Origin: an uncultured Candidatus Rokubacteria bacterium
GTDB lineage: Bacteria > Methylomirabilota > Methylomirabilia > Rokubacteriales > DASRDR01
Assembly: GCA_963805625.1 (NCBI GenBank)
Contig: CAWDVE010000013.1
Coordinates: 384,001 to 448,000 of the forward strand
Direction: 5' to 3'
Length of the DNA: 64,000 bases
How positions within the stretch are numbered: the first letter of the stretch is position 1; the number at the start of each line of letters is the position of its first letter. Positions 9,119 to 19,744 of the stretch are shown here, in pieces. A program made the position numbers and the translations under genes. A model generated the notes under the pieces. The model made no database searches, was not told the DNA's origin, and saw only the letters and a program-made list of their open reading frames with translations.

Positions 9119-10213
9119 TTGGCCTACATGAACGTCGAGGAGATCGAGGACGCAATCGCCACACTCGCGGCGTCGAATGGAAGCGTGGCGGAGCTGGTGC
9201 CTCTGCCCAACACGACTCCGGAAGGCCGGCAGTCCCACGCCATACGGATCGGCCCGTCGGATGCGCAAGCGACGAGCGCCGTTGCCATCACGGGAGGCAT
9301 TCATGCCCGCGAATGGGTCCCGCCCGATGCTCTCGTCAATCTCGCCGCCGACCTGCTAGAAGCGCACTCTGGTGGAACAGGGCTTCGCTACGGCGGCCAA
9401 CGTTTTGGGGCGGATGAAATCCGGAACCTGGTCGAGGGGCTTCAGATCGTCCTCTTCCCGTGCGTCAACCCGGATGGGCGGCACTACAGCCAGACCGCCG
9501 ATCCGATGTGGCGGAAGAATCGGCGGCGCGTCCGCCCCGATCTCGGCTCGCGTTGCGTCGGCGTCGACATCAACCGCAACTTCGATGCCTTGTGGGATTT
9601 CCGCCGTCACTTTGCGCCGGATTCCGGCGTCAGCGCGTCGGACGATCCTTGTGATCCCCAGGTCTACGTGGGACCCGAGCCGGCATCCGAACCGGAGACG
9701 CGTAACGTCGTTTGGTTGCTCGATCGCTATCCGGGCACTCGTTGGTTCATCGACGTGCACAGCCATGTGCCCGCGATCTACCATAACTGGGGCTTCGACG
9801 AGAACCAGACGTCGGATCCCTCGATGAGCTTCCGGAACCCCTTGTTCGACGGTGATCGCGGCCGGGCCGGTGACACGTATCGGGAGTTCATCCCGGGCGA
9901 TGACCTGGAAACGATGTTGGCTCTGGGCGGCAAGATGAATGACGCGATCGCCGCAGCGAGCGGAACGGCCTACGAGTTCAGTCAATCGTTCTCTCTCTAT
10001 CCGACATCCGGGGCCAGCGACGACTACGCCTACAGCCGGCACGCCGTTCAGGCCGCAAACCAGAAGATCCTCGGCTTCACCGTGGAATGCGGCCGCTCGT
10101 TCCAGCCCCCCTGGTCGGACGCGGAGAACGTCATCCGCGAAGTGTGTGCCGGGCTGCTCGCCTTCTGCGTGGCTGCGACCACGGGGTTGTGGCCCACAGG
10201 ACAAGACTCCTGA
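9119..10213 (+). CDS. M14 zinc carboxypeptidase
   Basis: GIHAREW (HxxE), NPDG, WRKNRR, GVDINRNF, DVHS, FTVE motifs. Confidence 0.92.
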   Translation: MAYMNVEEIEDAIATLAASNGSVAELVPLPNTTPEGRQSHAIRIGPSDAQATSAVAITGGIHAREWVPPDALVNLAADLLEAHSGGTGLRYGGQRFGADEIRNLVEGLQIVLFPCVNPDGRHYSQTADPMWRKNRRRVRPDLGSRCVGVDINRNFDALWDFRRHFAPDSGVSASDDPCDPQVYVGPEPASEPETRNVVWLLDRYPGTRWFIDVHSHVPAIYHNWGFDENQTSDPSMSFRNPLFDGDRGRAGDTYREFIPGDDLETMLALGGKMNDAIAAASGTAYEFSQSFSLYPTSGASDDYAYSRHAVQAANQKILGFTVECGRSFQPPWSDAENVIREVCAGLLAFCVAATTGLWPTGQDS

Positions 10214-10317
10214 TCAACGACAAGCCTCTCGAGTGGGTCACCGAGCCCGAATACGAGGATGGACGGATCCCGACCCATCGCGCGATCCATTGACAGGCAC
10301 CCTGCATAGGAGGGCCT

Positions 10318-11772
10318 ATGAACGCGTGGACACGGATCGTCACGGTCGCCGCAATGCTGGGTGCGACGGTGATGCTACCCGGCGTCGGCCTGGCCCAGCA
10401 AGCCGCACCCGTTGTGCCCAACCCGGATCGACGGGATCTGTTCCAGCTCAACGAGCTGGACAGCTACCGTCGATTCTCCCTCGTCTCCAACTTCGAGATC
10501 GTCGGCCACAGTTACTTCCGCGGTCCCTGGGTCGCGCCCGGTGGGCCGGGGGCGGCGTTCAACACCCTCCGGATCTGCGGGAACGTCGCGTACGTCGCCG
10601 GCTACAACCCCACCGTGTTCGGGGCCCTCGTCGTGGACGTGAGCGATCCCGCACACATGGAGCCGCTCGCCTTCATCCCGGGTAACCCGGGGACACGGAA
10701 CGCTTATCTCCGCGCCGACTGTCAGCGGAAGATCGTGGCGCTCGGTCACAGCACGAGCGCCGAGAATCTCGCCCAGCCCCCAGCGGGAGCGCAAGTCCGG
10801 AGTGGCGTCAGCTTCCACGACGTCTCCGATCCTCGGCGGCCGGTGAAACTGGGCGAGTGGAACAACCCGGGGGGCCTCACCCACGGAATGGAGATGGATG
10901 ACCGATACGTCTACGTGTGCGGGACGGCCGACCGCTCGAAGCGTCGTCACGAGGAGCTGAACGTCCTCGACTACTCTGACCCTGGCGCCCCGAAGCTGGT
11001 GGGAAGCTACCATGTGATGGGTCAGCGTGAGGGGGAGACGTTCACCGCGATGAACCAGCTCAATCCCAACGGGACCCAGCAGTTCGTCACGTGCCACGAG
11101 GCGATCAAGGAGGGGACGCGCCTCTATCTGGCCTACCGTGACGCGGGGGTCATCGTCCTCGACATCACCGATCCAGCCCGACCCACCGAGCTCGGCGCCT
11201 TCGACTACTCACCCCCCTTCAACGGCGACCCCGGCAATCCGCCGGGGTGCTGCCCCGGCGCCCACACGGCACAGCCCGTGCCCCACGAGGGGAGTACTTG
11301 GCCGCGGCTGCTCGTTCTAACCGACGAGCACTTCTCCTGCCCGCCCGGCTTCGTCCGGATCCTCGACATCTCGAATCTCCGGGCGATGCAGGTGCTCTCG
11401 ACAATCCACGTCGCGGGGGTGGACGATCAGTACGATCACGCGACGGGAAAGTTCCTCTGCCCGCCGGGGCAGCAGTCCGCGCACCTGCCCTACTTCGACC
11501 CGCGCGGGCACGGGAGCCTTTTCTACCAGGCCTGGTACGATCAGGGCCTTCGGGCGTTCGACATCTCCAATCCCTTCAGCCCGAAGGAGGTCGGTTACTT
11601 CATCTCGCCGGACTTCTCGGTACCGAAGCAGGTGGGCCGCCACACGCGTGAGGCCTACGTGGATCCGGCGACGAGCCTGATCTACGTCACCGACGGCAAC
11701 GGGGGCGGCCTCGCCGTCCTCCGGTATATCGGGCCGATTCCCTCCCGGCCCCCGGTACCTGGCGCTCGCTGA
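10318..11772 (+). CDS. secreted LVIVD-repeat protein
   Basis: Signal peptide; repeats LVVDVSDP, FHDVSDP, VLDITDP, FDISNP. Confidence 0.88.
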   Translation: MNAWTRIVTVAAMLGATVMLPGVGLAQQAAPVVPNPDRRDLFQLNELDSYRRFSLVSNFEIVGHSYFRGPWVAPGGPGAAFNTLRICGNVAYVAGYNPTVFGALVVDVSDPAHMEPLAFIPGNPGTRNAYLRADCQRKIVALGHSTSAENLAQPPAGAQVRSGVSFHDVSDPRRPVKLGEWNNPGGLTHGMEMDDRYVYVCGTADRSKRRHEELNVLDYSDPGAPKLVGSYHVMGQREGETFTAMNQLNPNGTQQFVTCHEAIKEGTRLYLAYRDAGVIVLDITDPARPTELGAFDYSPPFNGDPGNPPGCCPGAHTAQPVPHEGSTWPRLLVLTDEHFSCPPGFVRILDISNLRAMQVLSTIHVAGVDDQYDHATGKFLCPPGQQSAHLPYFDPRGHGSLFYQAWYDQGLRAFDISNPFSPKEVGYFISPDFSVPKQVGRHTREAYVDPATSLIYVTDGNGGGLAVLRYIGPIPSRPPVPGAR

Positions 11773-11815
11773 CAATCATCGATCCGTCGGTAGATGCGCA
11801 ACTACGGAACTTGGC

Positions 11816-12466
11816 TTAGCCGGACGCGAGGCGTAGCAGCCCGCGCGCGGCGAACCCGAGCATGAGGATGCTGGTGGTGCCCTGCGTGACCGCATCCCAC
11901 AGCGGGGTCGCGAAGCGTGCGCCCATTCGTACCGCGCTGCAGAGCACCAGGCCCCACACGCACGCCCCGAGCACCACGCACGCGGCGACCACGAGCGCGC
12001 TGCCGAGCGACAGCGCCCCCACACTCTGCGTGTTGCCCACGACGGCGATCCAGAACGCCACGTTCCACGGGCTGGAGAGCGCCATGCCCACGCCCAGGAA
12101 GTAGCCGCCGCGCGTGGAGTCGAGCGCACGCCGTTCGGGCAGTGGCTGGTCGGCGCGCCACGCCCTCCACGAGCGGACCGCACCGCACAGGAACATCCAA
12201 CAGAGCATGAGGAGGAGCACGCTGCTTGTGACGATCATCCCGGCCCGGACGCCGGGGAGTGCGACCACGACTCCGGCACCCAGCGTGATGAGCAGGGCCC
12301 ATAGGAAGTCGGCCGAGGACGCACCAAGCCCAACTGCGTAGGCCGGCCAGAATCCGCGCGACAGCCCGCGGCGGATCATCTCCGCGTTGATTGGGCCGGG
12401 TGGCCATGCAACGCTCAAACCGAGTGCGAAACCAGTTGCAGCCAGAGTGGTAACGTCGGCACTCAC
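11816..12466 (-). CDS. LysE family translocator
   Basis: GLSVAWPPGPIN...G...AD and SSPWNVAFW motifs; about 6 TM. Confidence 0.85.
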   Translation of the reverse strand: MSADVTTLAATGFALGLSVAWPPGPINAEMIRRGLSRGFWPAYAVGLGASSADFLWALLITLGAGVVVALPGVRAGMIVTSSVLLLMLCWMFLCGAVRSWRAWRADQPLPERRALDSTRGGYFLGVGMALSSPWNVAFWIAVVGNTQSVGALSLGSALVVAACVVLGACVWGLVLCSAVRMGARFATPLWDAVTQGTTSILMLGFAARGLLRLASG

Positions 12467-12709
12467 GGTGTTCGAGCACCCGTCCAGTCCATGAGTTCGT
12501 AGACCGAGCGCACGTCGGAGACGCAAACCAGCACGTAACCCTACTCCCGGAGTGCTCGCTCCGCCTCGTCGAGCCAGCCGGGAGCGTCGATGCGCTCGAA
12601 GATCTCCCGTGCGTTCTCCGGCTCGTAAACCCGGCACTGCGCGAGCAGTGGCGCCCGCTCGGCCTCGCCACTGCCGAGGACGTACTCCATCGACTGCGCC
12701 ATGCTGCCG

Positions 12710-13690
12710 CTATCCCAGCGCCGCGCGCGCAGCGTGCAGCAGCGCTTCCGGCGTGTCGGGGTTGATCGAGCAGTCGGGACCGAGCAGCAGTGCGCGGCTG
12801 TTCGTCTCGCTCACCGCGGCCCGCGTGCGCTCGGCGATCACCGCCGGCGTGAGAGTCGCGATCAGCGGCTTGGCTGGCAGCCCGCCCATCACCGCTCGCC
12901 CCGTCCGGCGGTGCGCGTCACGGAGCGAGGGGTTGCCGTCGCCCAGCGCCCACGACAGCGCGTGCGCCGGATAGTCGAGGAACTCGTCAAAGTGGATGCC
13001 GGGACCGCAGACGTGGAGCGCATTGAACGGCGCCGCCGCCACGGCCGCCAGCACGCGCAGGTCATACGGCCGCTGGAAGCGCCGGCATTCCTCCGCGGAG
13101 AGCAGCCCGAGCCGGGCGACGTTGGTCGCGTAGAACAGCCCATCGGCGCCGGCGCCCAGCGCCAGGCGCGCGTAGCCCGCCAGCGTGTGGGCGATGGCGT
13201 CCAGGGCCGCCTCGAGCGCCTTCGGCTGCTCGCGCCCGATGGCCAGCGCCTGCTTGACCCCGCCCGGCAACAGATAGGGCACCACCATCATGGGCGCGAA
13301 CACCGTCCAGATGATGGGCGGATCACCGCCTACGCCGGCACGGATCCGTCGCAGCGCCTCCAGTTGCTCGCCGAGCGCGCCCGTCGACGGGTTCGCCGGC
13401 TGCAGGCGGGCCAGGTCGGCGGCATCCGCGCAGGGCGCGTGCGTGCGGGTGTACGGCGTTGCCCGCTCGCCCGAGGGCTGGTACCGAAACCCCCAGGCCT
13501 CGGCGAAACATTGCGCGCGCGACTGCGGCTTGAGGTAGTCCCAGTCGAACTCCCGGGCCAGCCGCAGCGACTCGGCGACGAAGCTGTCGATGGCGTTCTC
13601 GGTGGCGAAGTTGTGCAGCCAGAACGAGAGCGGGACCCGGTCCACCGTCTCGCCGCGCAACGCCGCCTTCACCCGGTCTCGCTTGGTCAT
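12710..13690 (-). CDS. uroporphyrinogen decarboxylase (URO-D/MtaA) family protein
   Basis: MTKRDRV.AALRGE.VDRVP, LHVCG, LGPDCS motifs. Confidence 0.88.
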   Translation of the reverse strand: MTKRDRVKAALRGETVDRVPLSFWLHNFATENAIDSFVAESLRLAREFDWDYLKPQSRAQCFAEAWGFRYQPSGERATPYTRTHAPCADAADLARLQPANPSTGALGEQLEALRRIRAGVGGDPPIIWTVFAPMMVVPYLLPGGVKQALAIGREQPKALEAALDAIAHTLAGYARLALGAGADGLFYATNVARLGLLSAEECRRFQRPYDLRVLAAVAAAPFNALHVCGPGIHFDEFLDYPAHALSWALGDGNPSLRDAHRRTGRAVMGGLPAKPLIATLTPAVIAERTRAAVSETNSRALLLGPDCSINPDTPEALLHAARAALG

Positions 13691-14211
13691 CGTCGCCCGG
13701 CACTTACTATAGCTGAGGAGAAAGCCCCAACACCCTCGAGCGCCCCCGAGCGCCCATCGCAATGGTCACGAGGACGGCGAGCCCGAGAAAGGCGAGGGTC
13801 CCCGCGATGTTGATGATCGCTACTTTGAGTGTCGGCTTGATGGCCATCTTGCAGGTGCGCACGCCCCAACGCAGGATCTGGCTTCAGAAATCGCCTTCCG
13901 CAGCGCCGTTACAGCGCCACGGAACATACTGTAATCCCATTTACGGGAACGAGCGCTCCATCCGAGCGATCACCAAGCGAGAGGGGGCTTCGCGCCAGCC
14001 TGACGCACCTGTCATCGCCCCGACTGTTCGCCTTGCGATCGTGGGTGCGGATCGGTGGGCGCGCACGGCAACCCTATCCATCGTGAGGACGATGGTGATC
14101 AGACATGGGACCAGCGGACACGTCGAATACCGCATGTTGATCCCGGCTCTCCCGGTCACCGCGCCTGCAGATGACGAAGCGCGATGGCCCGAGACAGCCG
14201 CCACGCCGTGC

Positions 14212-14242
14212 TTGACACTGGCCGGATCGATGCGTATACCTC
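14212..14242 (+). promoter_or_regulatory. sigma70-like promoter (TTGACA-N17-TATACC) overlapping a putative MarR operator GATGCGTATACCTC
   Basis: Motifs read directly; operator repeated at 14815. Confidence 0.55.
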
Positions 14243-14249
14243 ATATGAG

Positions 14250-14771
14250 ATGGCGCCCTCACGGTCCGATCGTGTCTCCGAGCTGTCAGCCCGTGTCGCG
14301 GCCGAATGCGCGGGGGGAGGACTTCGCCGAGCCTCCCGGGCGATCACGCGGTTCTACGAAGCCGCCTTCGCGCCGCTCGATCTGACGGGTACGCAGTTCT
14401 CCATCCTCGTGGCCGTCCACCTGCGGGGCCGCGTGCCGCTGAGCCGGCTGGCTGAGGGCCTGGTGCTGGACCGGACTTCCCTCTACCGCGCGGTGAAGCC
14501 GCTCGTGCGACGCCGGTGTCTTCGGATCCTGCCGGGGCAGACTCGACGGGAGCGGACCGCCACCCTCACCGAGGCGGGCCGCCGGCTCCTGGCGGAGGCG
14601 CTCCCGATCTGGGAGCACGTGCAGGAACGGTTCGTCGGCGCATTGAGCCCCCAGGCCTGGGCGGCGCTCGCCGCAGGCCTTCGGCAGGTGGTGCCCACGG
14701 TGCAAGCCCTCGAGTCGGGCGCGGCGTCGGCGGGGTCACCTCCCGCTCGCCACCAAGCCGGACACCGGTAA
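14250..14771 (+). CDS. MarR family transcriptional regulator
   Basis: C..LRRASRAIT..Y, TQFSIL, LDRTSL, LTEAG wing motif. Confidence 0.9.
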   Translation: MAPSRSDRVSELSARVAAECAGGGLRRASRAITRFYEAAFAPLDLTGTQFSILVAVHLRGRVPLSRLAEGLVLDRTSLYRAVKPLVRRRCLRILPGQTRRERTATLTEAGRRLLAEALPIWEHVQERFVGALSPQAWAALAAGLRQVVPTVQALESGAASAGSPPARHQAGHR

Positions 14772-14814
14772 ACGCACGCCATGAATCCGGTCGCGGCCGC
14801 ATGGCGTCCCATAT

Positions 14815-14828
14815 GATGCGTATGCCTC
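14815..14828 (+). promoter_or_regulatory. second putative MarR operator GATGCGTATGCCTC
   Basis: 13/14 identity to 14229-14242. Confidence 0.5.
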
Positions 14829-14845
14829 GTTATACGGGAGGGTTG

Positions 14846-16711
14846 ATGCGACACCTCATTGGCCGCCGCGATCTGTTGAAGCTCGGTGCCGTGACCACGG
14901 TCGGCAGCGTCCTGCCCCCGCCGAAACCGGCCGCGGCCCCGCAGACCCCCGAGGAGGCCCGCGTTGTTCAAGGGACCACCGGGCTCAGTTCCAACCGCAC
15001 GCTCGAGGCCTTGAAGGAGGCGATGCGCTGGCCGACCCCCGCACTCCCGGTGATCCTCACCCTGACCGGCCAGTATCTCGCCTCCGGGCGCGACGAGGAG
15101 GCCTACGGCTACTTCCGCGAGCGGGCCGCGGCGGCGCCGCACGAGGCGATTCTTCTAGCGCTGGAAGGGACGTTCCAGGCTCGCCTGGCCGGCCAGGTGT
15201 TCCTCCTCCGCCGGGCCGCGTGGGTCAAGGACGCGGTCGCCAAGCTCGATCGTGCGGCGGCAACGGGCCATCCCGTGACTCGATACCTGCGGGGCGTGAC
15301 CCTGGCCGAACTGCCCGCGCGATTCGGCCGAGCGGAGTCCGCCGTCGCGGAGCTCGAGTGGGTGCTCCAGCAGCGGGACACGCTGCCGCCGGGCCTCCGC
15401 CGGAGTGTCTACCGAGGGCTGGCGCGCGCCTTCACGACCCTCGAGCGTCGCGACGAGGCTCAGGCTGCCCTCGCGCAGTCCGGGTATCCCTCACTGGACC
15501 CCACGCTCCCCCAGTTCACGACAGACTTCTCCGTGTCGGCGCGGGACGGCTTTCGGTTCCGCCCGCCGCGACTGGTCGAGGTGGCGCCTCGGATCCACGT
15601 CGCACAGGGTTACGACTTCGCGGACCTCGCCTTCGTGCTGACCGATGCCGGCATCGTGGCCGTCGATGCCGGCACCACGGAAACCACTGCCCGCGCCGCG
15701 CTCAACGCCATGCGTCGCCACACGTCGCAGCCGATTACGCACGTGGTTCTCACGCATGCACACTGGGACCACATCGGCGGGCTCGCTGCCCTGAGAGCGC
15801 CGGGCGCCCGGGTGATCGCGCAGGCCCGGTTTGCCGAGGAGCTGCAGATCGTCAACGAGACGGGGGTGCCGTTCCGCTACTTCTTCGGGGGCGAAGGCCG
15901 CCGACGGTACGACGTCGTGCCCGATCACCTCGTCCATGCGCGCGAACGCCTGACGGTGGGCGGCACCGAGTTCGTCTTCCACCCGGTCCACGGAGGCGAG
16001 ACTGCCGACGCGCTCCTAGTCCACCTCCCTGCGGCTGGTGTGCTGTTCGTCGGGGACGCGTTCATGCCCTACCTTGGCGCCCCGTTCCTCCCGGAAGGCT
16101 CGGCCGAGGGTCTCTTCGAGACCATCGCGCTCATCCGGTCCCTCACCCCGCGGACGCTCGTCCACGGGCATCCGCCGCTGACCGAGCTCTTCACGGTCGA
16201 AGCCCTCGCGGGCGTCGAGACCGCATTGCGCGAGGTCTATGACCGGACCTTGGACGGCATCGCGGCTGGCCGAACGCTCGCCGCGATGCTGCAGGAAAAC
16301 TGGCTGCCGGTGTCGCTCCGCGCCCACCCGAACGCCGTGCTGCCCTTCCTCGTGATCCGCGACAACTTCGTCCAGCGTGTCACCCATCAACGGACCGGCT
16401 ACTGGAAGGCGGACGGGGACGGGATCGAGGTCGTGGAACCGCGGGAGTGGGCCCGCATGCTGAACCTGCTGGCGGGTGGCCAGGAAGGGGCATTCGTGCG
16501 AAGCGCTCGAACCCTGCTCGAGCAGGGCGACGAGACCCTGGCGCTCAAGCTCACGGACCTCGCACTCCTCACCTACCCGGCGAGCCGCGTTCTGTCCGAG
16601 CTGCGCCGCCACGCACTCGACCGCCTCCGCACGCGGTACCAGGCGCTCAATCCCTTCAAGTTCATCGTCTATTCGGAATGGGCCGGTGCGGATCTACCAC
16701 TGGTTCCGTAG
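14846..16711 (+). CDS. Tat-exported TPR + metallo-beta-lactamase-fold hydrolase (alkyl sulfatase-like)
   Basis: GRRDLLK Tat motif; THAHWDHIGG; GET.D; GHP; RBS GGGAGGG. Confidence 0.88.
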   Translation: MRHLIGRRDLLKLGAVTTVGSVLPPPKPAAAPQTPEEARVVQGTTGLSSNRTLEALKEAMRWPTPALPVILTLTGQYLASGRDEEAYGYFRERAAAAPHEAILLALEGTFQARLAGQVFLLRRAAWVKDAVAKLDRAAATGHPVTRYLRGVTLAELPARFGRAESAVAELEWVLQQRDTLPPGLRRSVYRGLARAFTTLERRDEAQAALAQSGYPSLDPTLPQFTTDFSVSARDGFRFRPPRLVEVAPRIHVAQGYDFADLAFVLTDAGIVAVDAGTTETTARAALNAMRRHTSQPITHVVLTHAHWDHIGGLAALRAPGARVIAQARFAEELQIVNETGVPFRYFFGGEGRRRYDVVPDHLVHARERLTVGGTEFVFHPVHGGETADALLVHLPAAGVLFVGDAFMPYLGAPFLPEGSAEGLFETIALIRSLTPRTLVHGHPPLTELFTVEALAGVETALREVYDRTLDGIAAGRTLAAMLQENWLPVSLRAHPNAVLPFLVIRDNFVQRVTHQRTGYWKADGDGIEVVEPREWARMLNLLAGGQEGAFVRSARTLLEQGDETLALKLTDLALLTYPASRVLSELRRHALDRLRTRYQALNPFKFIVYSEWAGADLPLVP

Positions 16712-16834
16712 GGAAGGCTTGGATGGTGACGCAAGCCACCCACTGGGCCAGATGGACCCAATCCCCGCGGAGTGGTGGACTCGCCGAGTTCGGGGGGGGC
16801 AGTGACGGCCACGACGGCGCCTCCGCCGAGTCGG

Positions 16835-16966
16835 AACCAGCGAGCGCTCCATGCGGTGCAGGACCAACCGGTGCAGAGCGAGCAAGCCGTGGCCGCGAAC
16901 CTGATCGCCCTGTACAAGGCGCTGGGCGGGGGCTGGGAGCCTGTGCCGCAGCCCCAGGGGTACTAG
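16835..16966 (+). pseudogene. C-terminal fragment of a NodT/TolC-type efflux outer-membrane subunit
   Basis: NLIALYKALGGGW signature. Confidence 0.7.
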
Positions 16967-17398
16967 GGCATCCCCGAGCTCCGCGTGCAAGCGGCCAGAT
17001 CCCTCGTGACCAGGCGAACAAGTCCACGACGAGGCCTCTGTCGAGCGTCGCTGACCCGGGGCGAGGTGGGCGGCGTTTTCTTCGCTGGGCCTGTCGATCT
17101 CGAGCCGACCCGTTCGACTATCCAGCGAGGTGAGAGTGCTCACGTTCCGGATGCGGCGCCAGCGCCGCGCCGCGACACGAATCCCAGGTGGCCGGTGGAG
17201 CCGCCACACAGGTAAGGAGGGACCCGACATGAAACAGCCTTGGCTCAGATTGGCCATTAGCGCCCGACCAAAGTAGTGCATGCAGGTTACGGGCACTTCA
17301 GCAGCGGAGGATCCACGCCACCGGCGAGCGATATACGACGGGCCGAGCATGGGATCACGAGCGACACGTAGAAGAGTGAACACGGCGCGGAGGAGGCG

Positions 17399-17692
17399 AT
17401 GATCACGGGGCTGCGCGGAGCATCGATCTGGAGCGAAGACATGAAGCATCCGCTGCCGTTCTACCGGGACGTCCTGGGGTTCGTCGTGACGGTCGAGATC
17501 CCGGGCTTCGTCGAACGCGGCGGACTCTGGCTGGGCACGCTCAGTGAGGTCCGCGGCCACAATGCCGATCCGGTGCGGCACATGGTGGGCCTCGCGACCA
17601 CGACGGACTGTACCCGTTTGAAGACCGCCGACGTCGAGTTCATCGAGGACTCCACGGACTACGGTGCCCTGCGGCTCGCGACTGGTCAGTAG
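17399..17692 (+). pseudogene. degraded VOC/glyoxalase family gene
   Basis: FYRDVLG and VEFIE motifs; C-terminal DPDGN motif missing. Confidence 0.55.
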
Positions 17693-17840
17693 TAACACGA
17701 CATGGCTACGTCGCGAGTCCATTTTGGTGTTCTATGCTGGGCGCGGCGTGCCATGTGGATCGGCGACCTGATCGGTGAGAAACGGGATCCCAGCGGAAGC
17801 ATGCGAAGGGCGGACTCCTACGGGCGCGTGGAGACACACA

Positions 17841-18533
17841 ATGAAAACACATAGAAGGCTCCCTCGGGTTGCGTCACAAGCCGAATGGCAAGTCGCTCGC
17901 GACAAGCTGCTCCGCAAGGAGAAGGCGCATACGCGCGCACGAGACGCGCTCGCTGCCGAGCGCCGTAGGCTCCCCATGGTCAAGATCGACAAGAACTACG
18001 TCTTCGAGGGTCCAGACGGCAAGGCGCGGATGGTGGATCTGTTCGATGGCCGCCGACAACTCATCCTCTACCATTTCATGTTTGCCCCCGGCGTGGACGG
18101 CTGGCCGGAGGCGGGTTGTCCAGGTTGTTCGTTTTTTGTGGACCAAATCGGCCATCTCGCCCACCTGCACGCCCGCAACACATCATTGGTGCTCGTGTCC
18201 CGCGCTCCACTCGCCAACATCAAGCGGTACAAGCGGCGGATGAGATGGACCGTGCCGTGGTTCTCCTCGTCAGCCAGCGACTTCAATGACGACTTCGGTC
18301 TCACGACGGATCGCGGCGAAACGTTTGGCCTGAGCGTGTTTCTTCGGGACGGTCAGACGGCCTATCGCACCTATTTCACGAACGGGCGCGGTGTCGAGGC
18401 GCTTGGCAGCCCCTGGACCTTTCTCGACCTGACGCCATTCGGCCGGCAGGAGACCTGGGAGGATTCACCCAAAGGGTGGCCGCGGACGCCACCGTATCAA
18501 TGGTGGCGGCGACACGATGAGTACGGCGCGTAA
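17841..18533 (+). CDS. DUF899 (thioredoxin-like) protein
   Basis: ERRRLPMV, DLFDGRRQLILYHFM, CPGCS, LDLTPFGRQE. Confidence 0.9.
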   Translation: MKTHRRLPRVASQAEWQVARDKLLRKEKAHTRARDALAAERRRLPMVKIDKNYVFEGPDGKARMVDLFDGRRQLILYHFMFAPGVDGWPEAGCPGCSFFVDQIGHLAHLHARNTSLVLVSRAPLANIKRYKRRMRWTVPWFSSSASDFNDDFGLTTDRGETFGLSVFLRDGQTAYRTYFTNGRGVEALGSPWTFLDLTPFGRQETWEDSPKGWPRTPPYQWWRRHDEYGA

Positions 18534-18559
18534 TCCAGCGAGGTGCTCTGTGGCTTCCC

Positions 18560-19330
18560 ATGCTTGATGCGCCTGTCAAGTCGACGCTGACACGAGAACG
18601 CTGGTTTGTGGGCAGCGCGTTGCTGTTCGTTGTCACGCTCTGTTGGTCGTGGGTCGTCACGATGGCCGTGGACATGTATGGACGCATGACCGGTGCAGCC
18701 GCTTGGATGATGACCGCACATTGGGACTGGCTGCACGTCGGGCTCTTGTACTCGATGTGGTCCGCAATGATGGTGGCCATGATGTTGCCGTCCACGGCGC
18801 CCGCGCTTCTGCAGTATGCGAGAAGCGTCCCCGTCGAATCAGAAGGCACGCGCCCGGCGTCTAGCATCAGCGCGTTCGCTGCCGGTTATGTCTTCGTCTG
18901 GATGTTGTTCAGCGCCGCAGCGACGATTGTGCAGCGCGTGATGACCGAGGCCCAATTGTTGACGCCCATGATGGAACCAGCGATGCCGGCGCTCGCTGGC
19001 GGTCTGTTACTGGGTGCCGGCCTGTATCAATTCCTGCCAGTCAAGCACATGTGCTTGTCGTTTTGCCGCTCGCCTGCAGCCTGTGTCGATCGCCGGCGCA
19101 CGGGCGTGGTTGAAGCGTTCCGCATCGGCGCGCGGCATGGGCTCTCGTGTCTTGGGTGCTGCTGGGTCTTGATGCTGCTGCTCTTTGCAGGCGGCGTGAT
19201 GAATCTTGCGGTCATTGTGGCGCTGACCCTGATCGTGTTCTTCGAGACGGTGGCGCCGTGTGGCATGCGGAGCACTCCGGTGAGCGGCGGCTTGCTGATC
19301 GGGCTGGGACTTTGGATCATCGCCCGTTGA
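18560..19330 (+). CDS. DUF2182 predicted metal-binding membrane protein
   Basis: MMVAMMLPS, YQF.P.K..CL..CRSP, CLGCCW.LM, GVMNL. Confidence 0.88.
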   Translation: MLDAPVKSTLTRERWFVGSALLFVVTLCWSWVVTMAVDMYGRMTGAAAWMMTAHWDWLHVGLLYSMWSAMMVAMMLPSTAPALLQYARSVPVESEGTRPASSISAFAAGYVFVWMLFSAAATIVQRVMTEAQLLTPMMEPAMPALAGGLLLGAGLYQFLPVKHMCLSFCRSPAACVDRRRTGVVEAFRIGARHGLSCLGCCWVLMLLLFAGGVMNLAVIVALTLIVFFETVAPCGMRSTPVSGGLLIGLGLWIIAR

Positions 19331-19527
19331 CAGGCCCCGCAGGTCGGGTGGCGGGCTCCACAAGTGACAGGAACCGCCGACATCATACGCCGAACATGAC
19401 GCGCCTCCTGTTCGAGAAGCGGACGCTCCAAGGGAGCAACCTGCGAAAGCCGCACTCGGGGTGATTCGGCGCCATTCCAGGGTCTTCTGGGATATCGGGG
19501 GCTACGCCGAATCCTCTAATCTTGCGG

Positions 19528-19551
19528 TGGTGGCTTCAACGAGATTCGAGC
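19528..19551 (-). other. degenerate tRNA 3' end, possible att-site remnant
   Basis: Minus strand GCTCGAATCTCGTTGAAGCCACCA resembles T-loop, acceptor stem and CCA. Confidence 0.35.
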
Positions 19552-19744
19552 GCCTTTGTATGCTCGATTTTCGCGGGGTTCTACTGTGATATGGGACAAC
19601 CTGAAGCTCGCTCGGGCGCCGGACAAACGGCCAGTTCCGGCGGCCACAATCGCGCCTGGCTGGCTCACCTAGGCCCACATAGCCCCAGCGACGGTCAGCG
19701 CAATTCCAGGCCGCCGAAATGCCCACTTGTCCGACCGCGCACAC

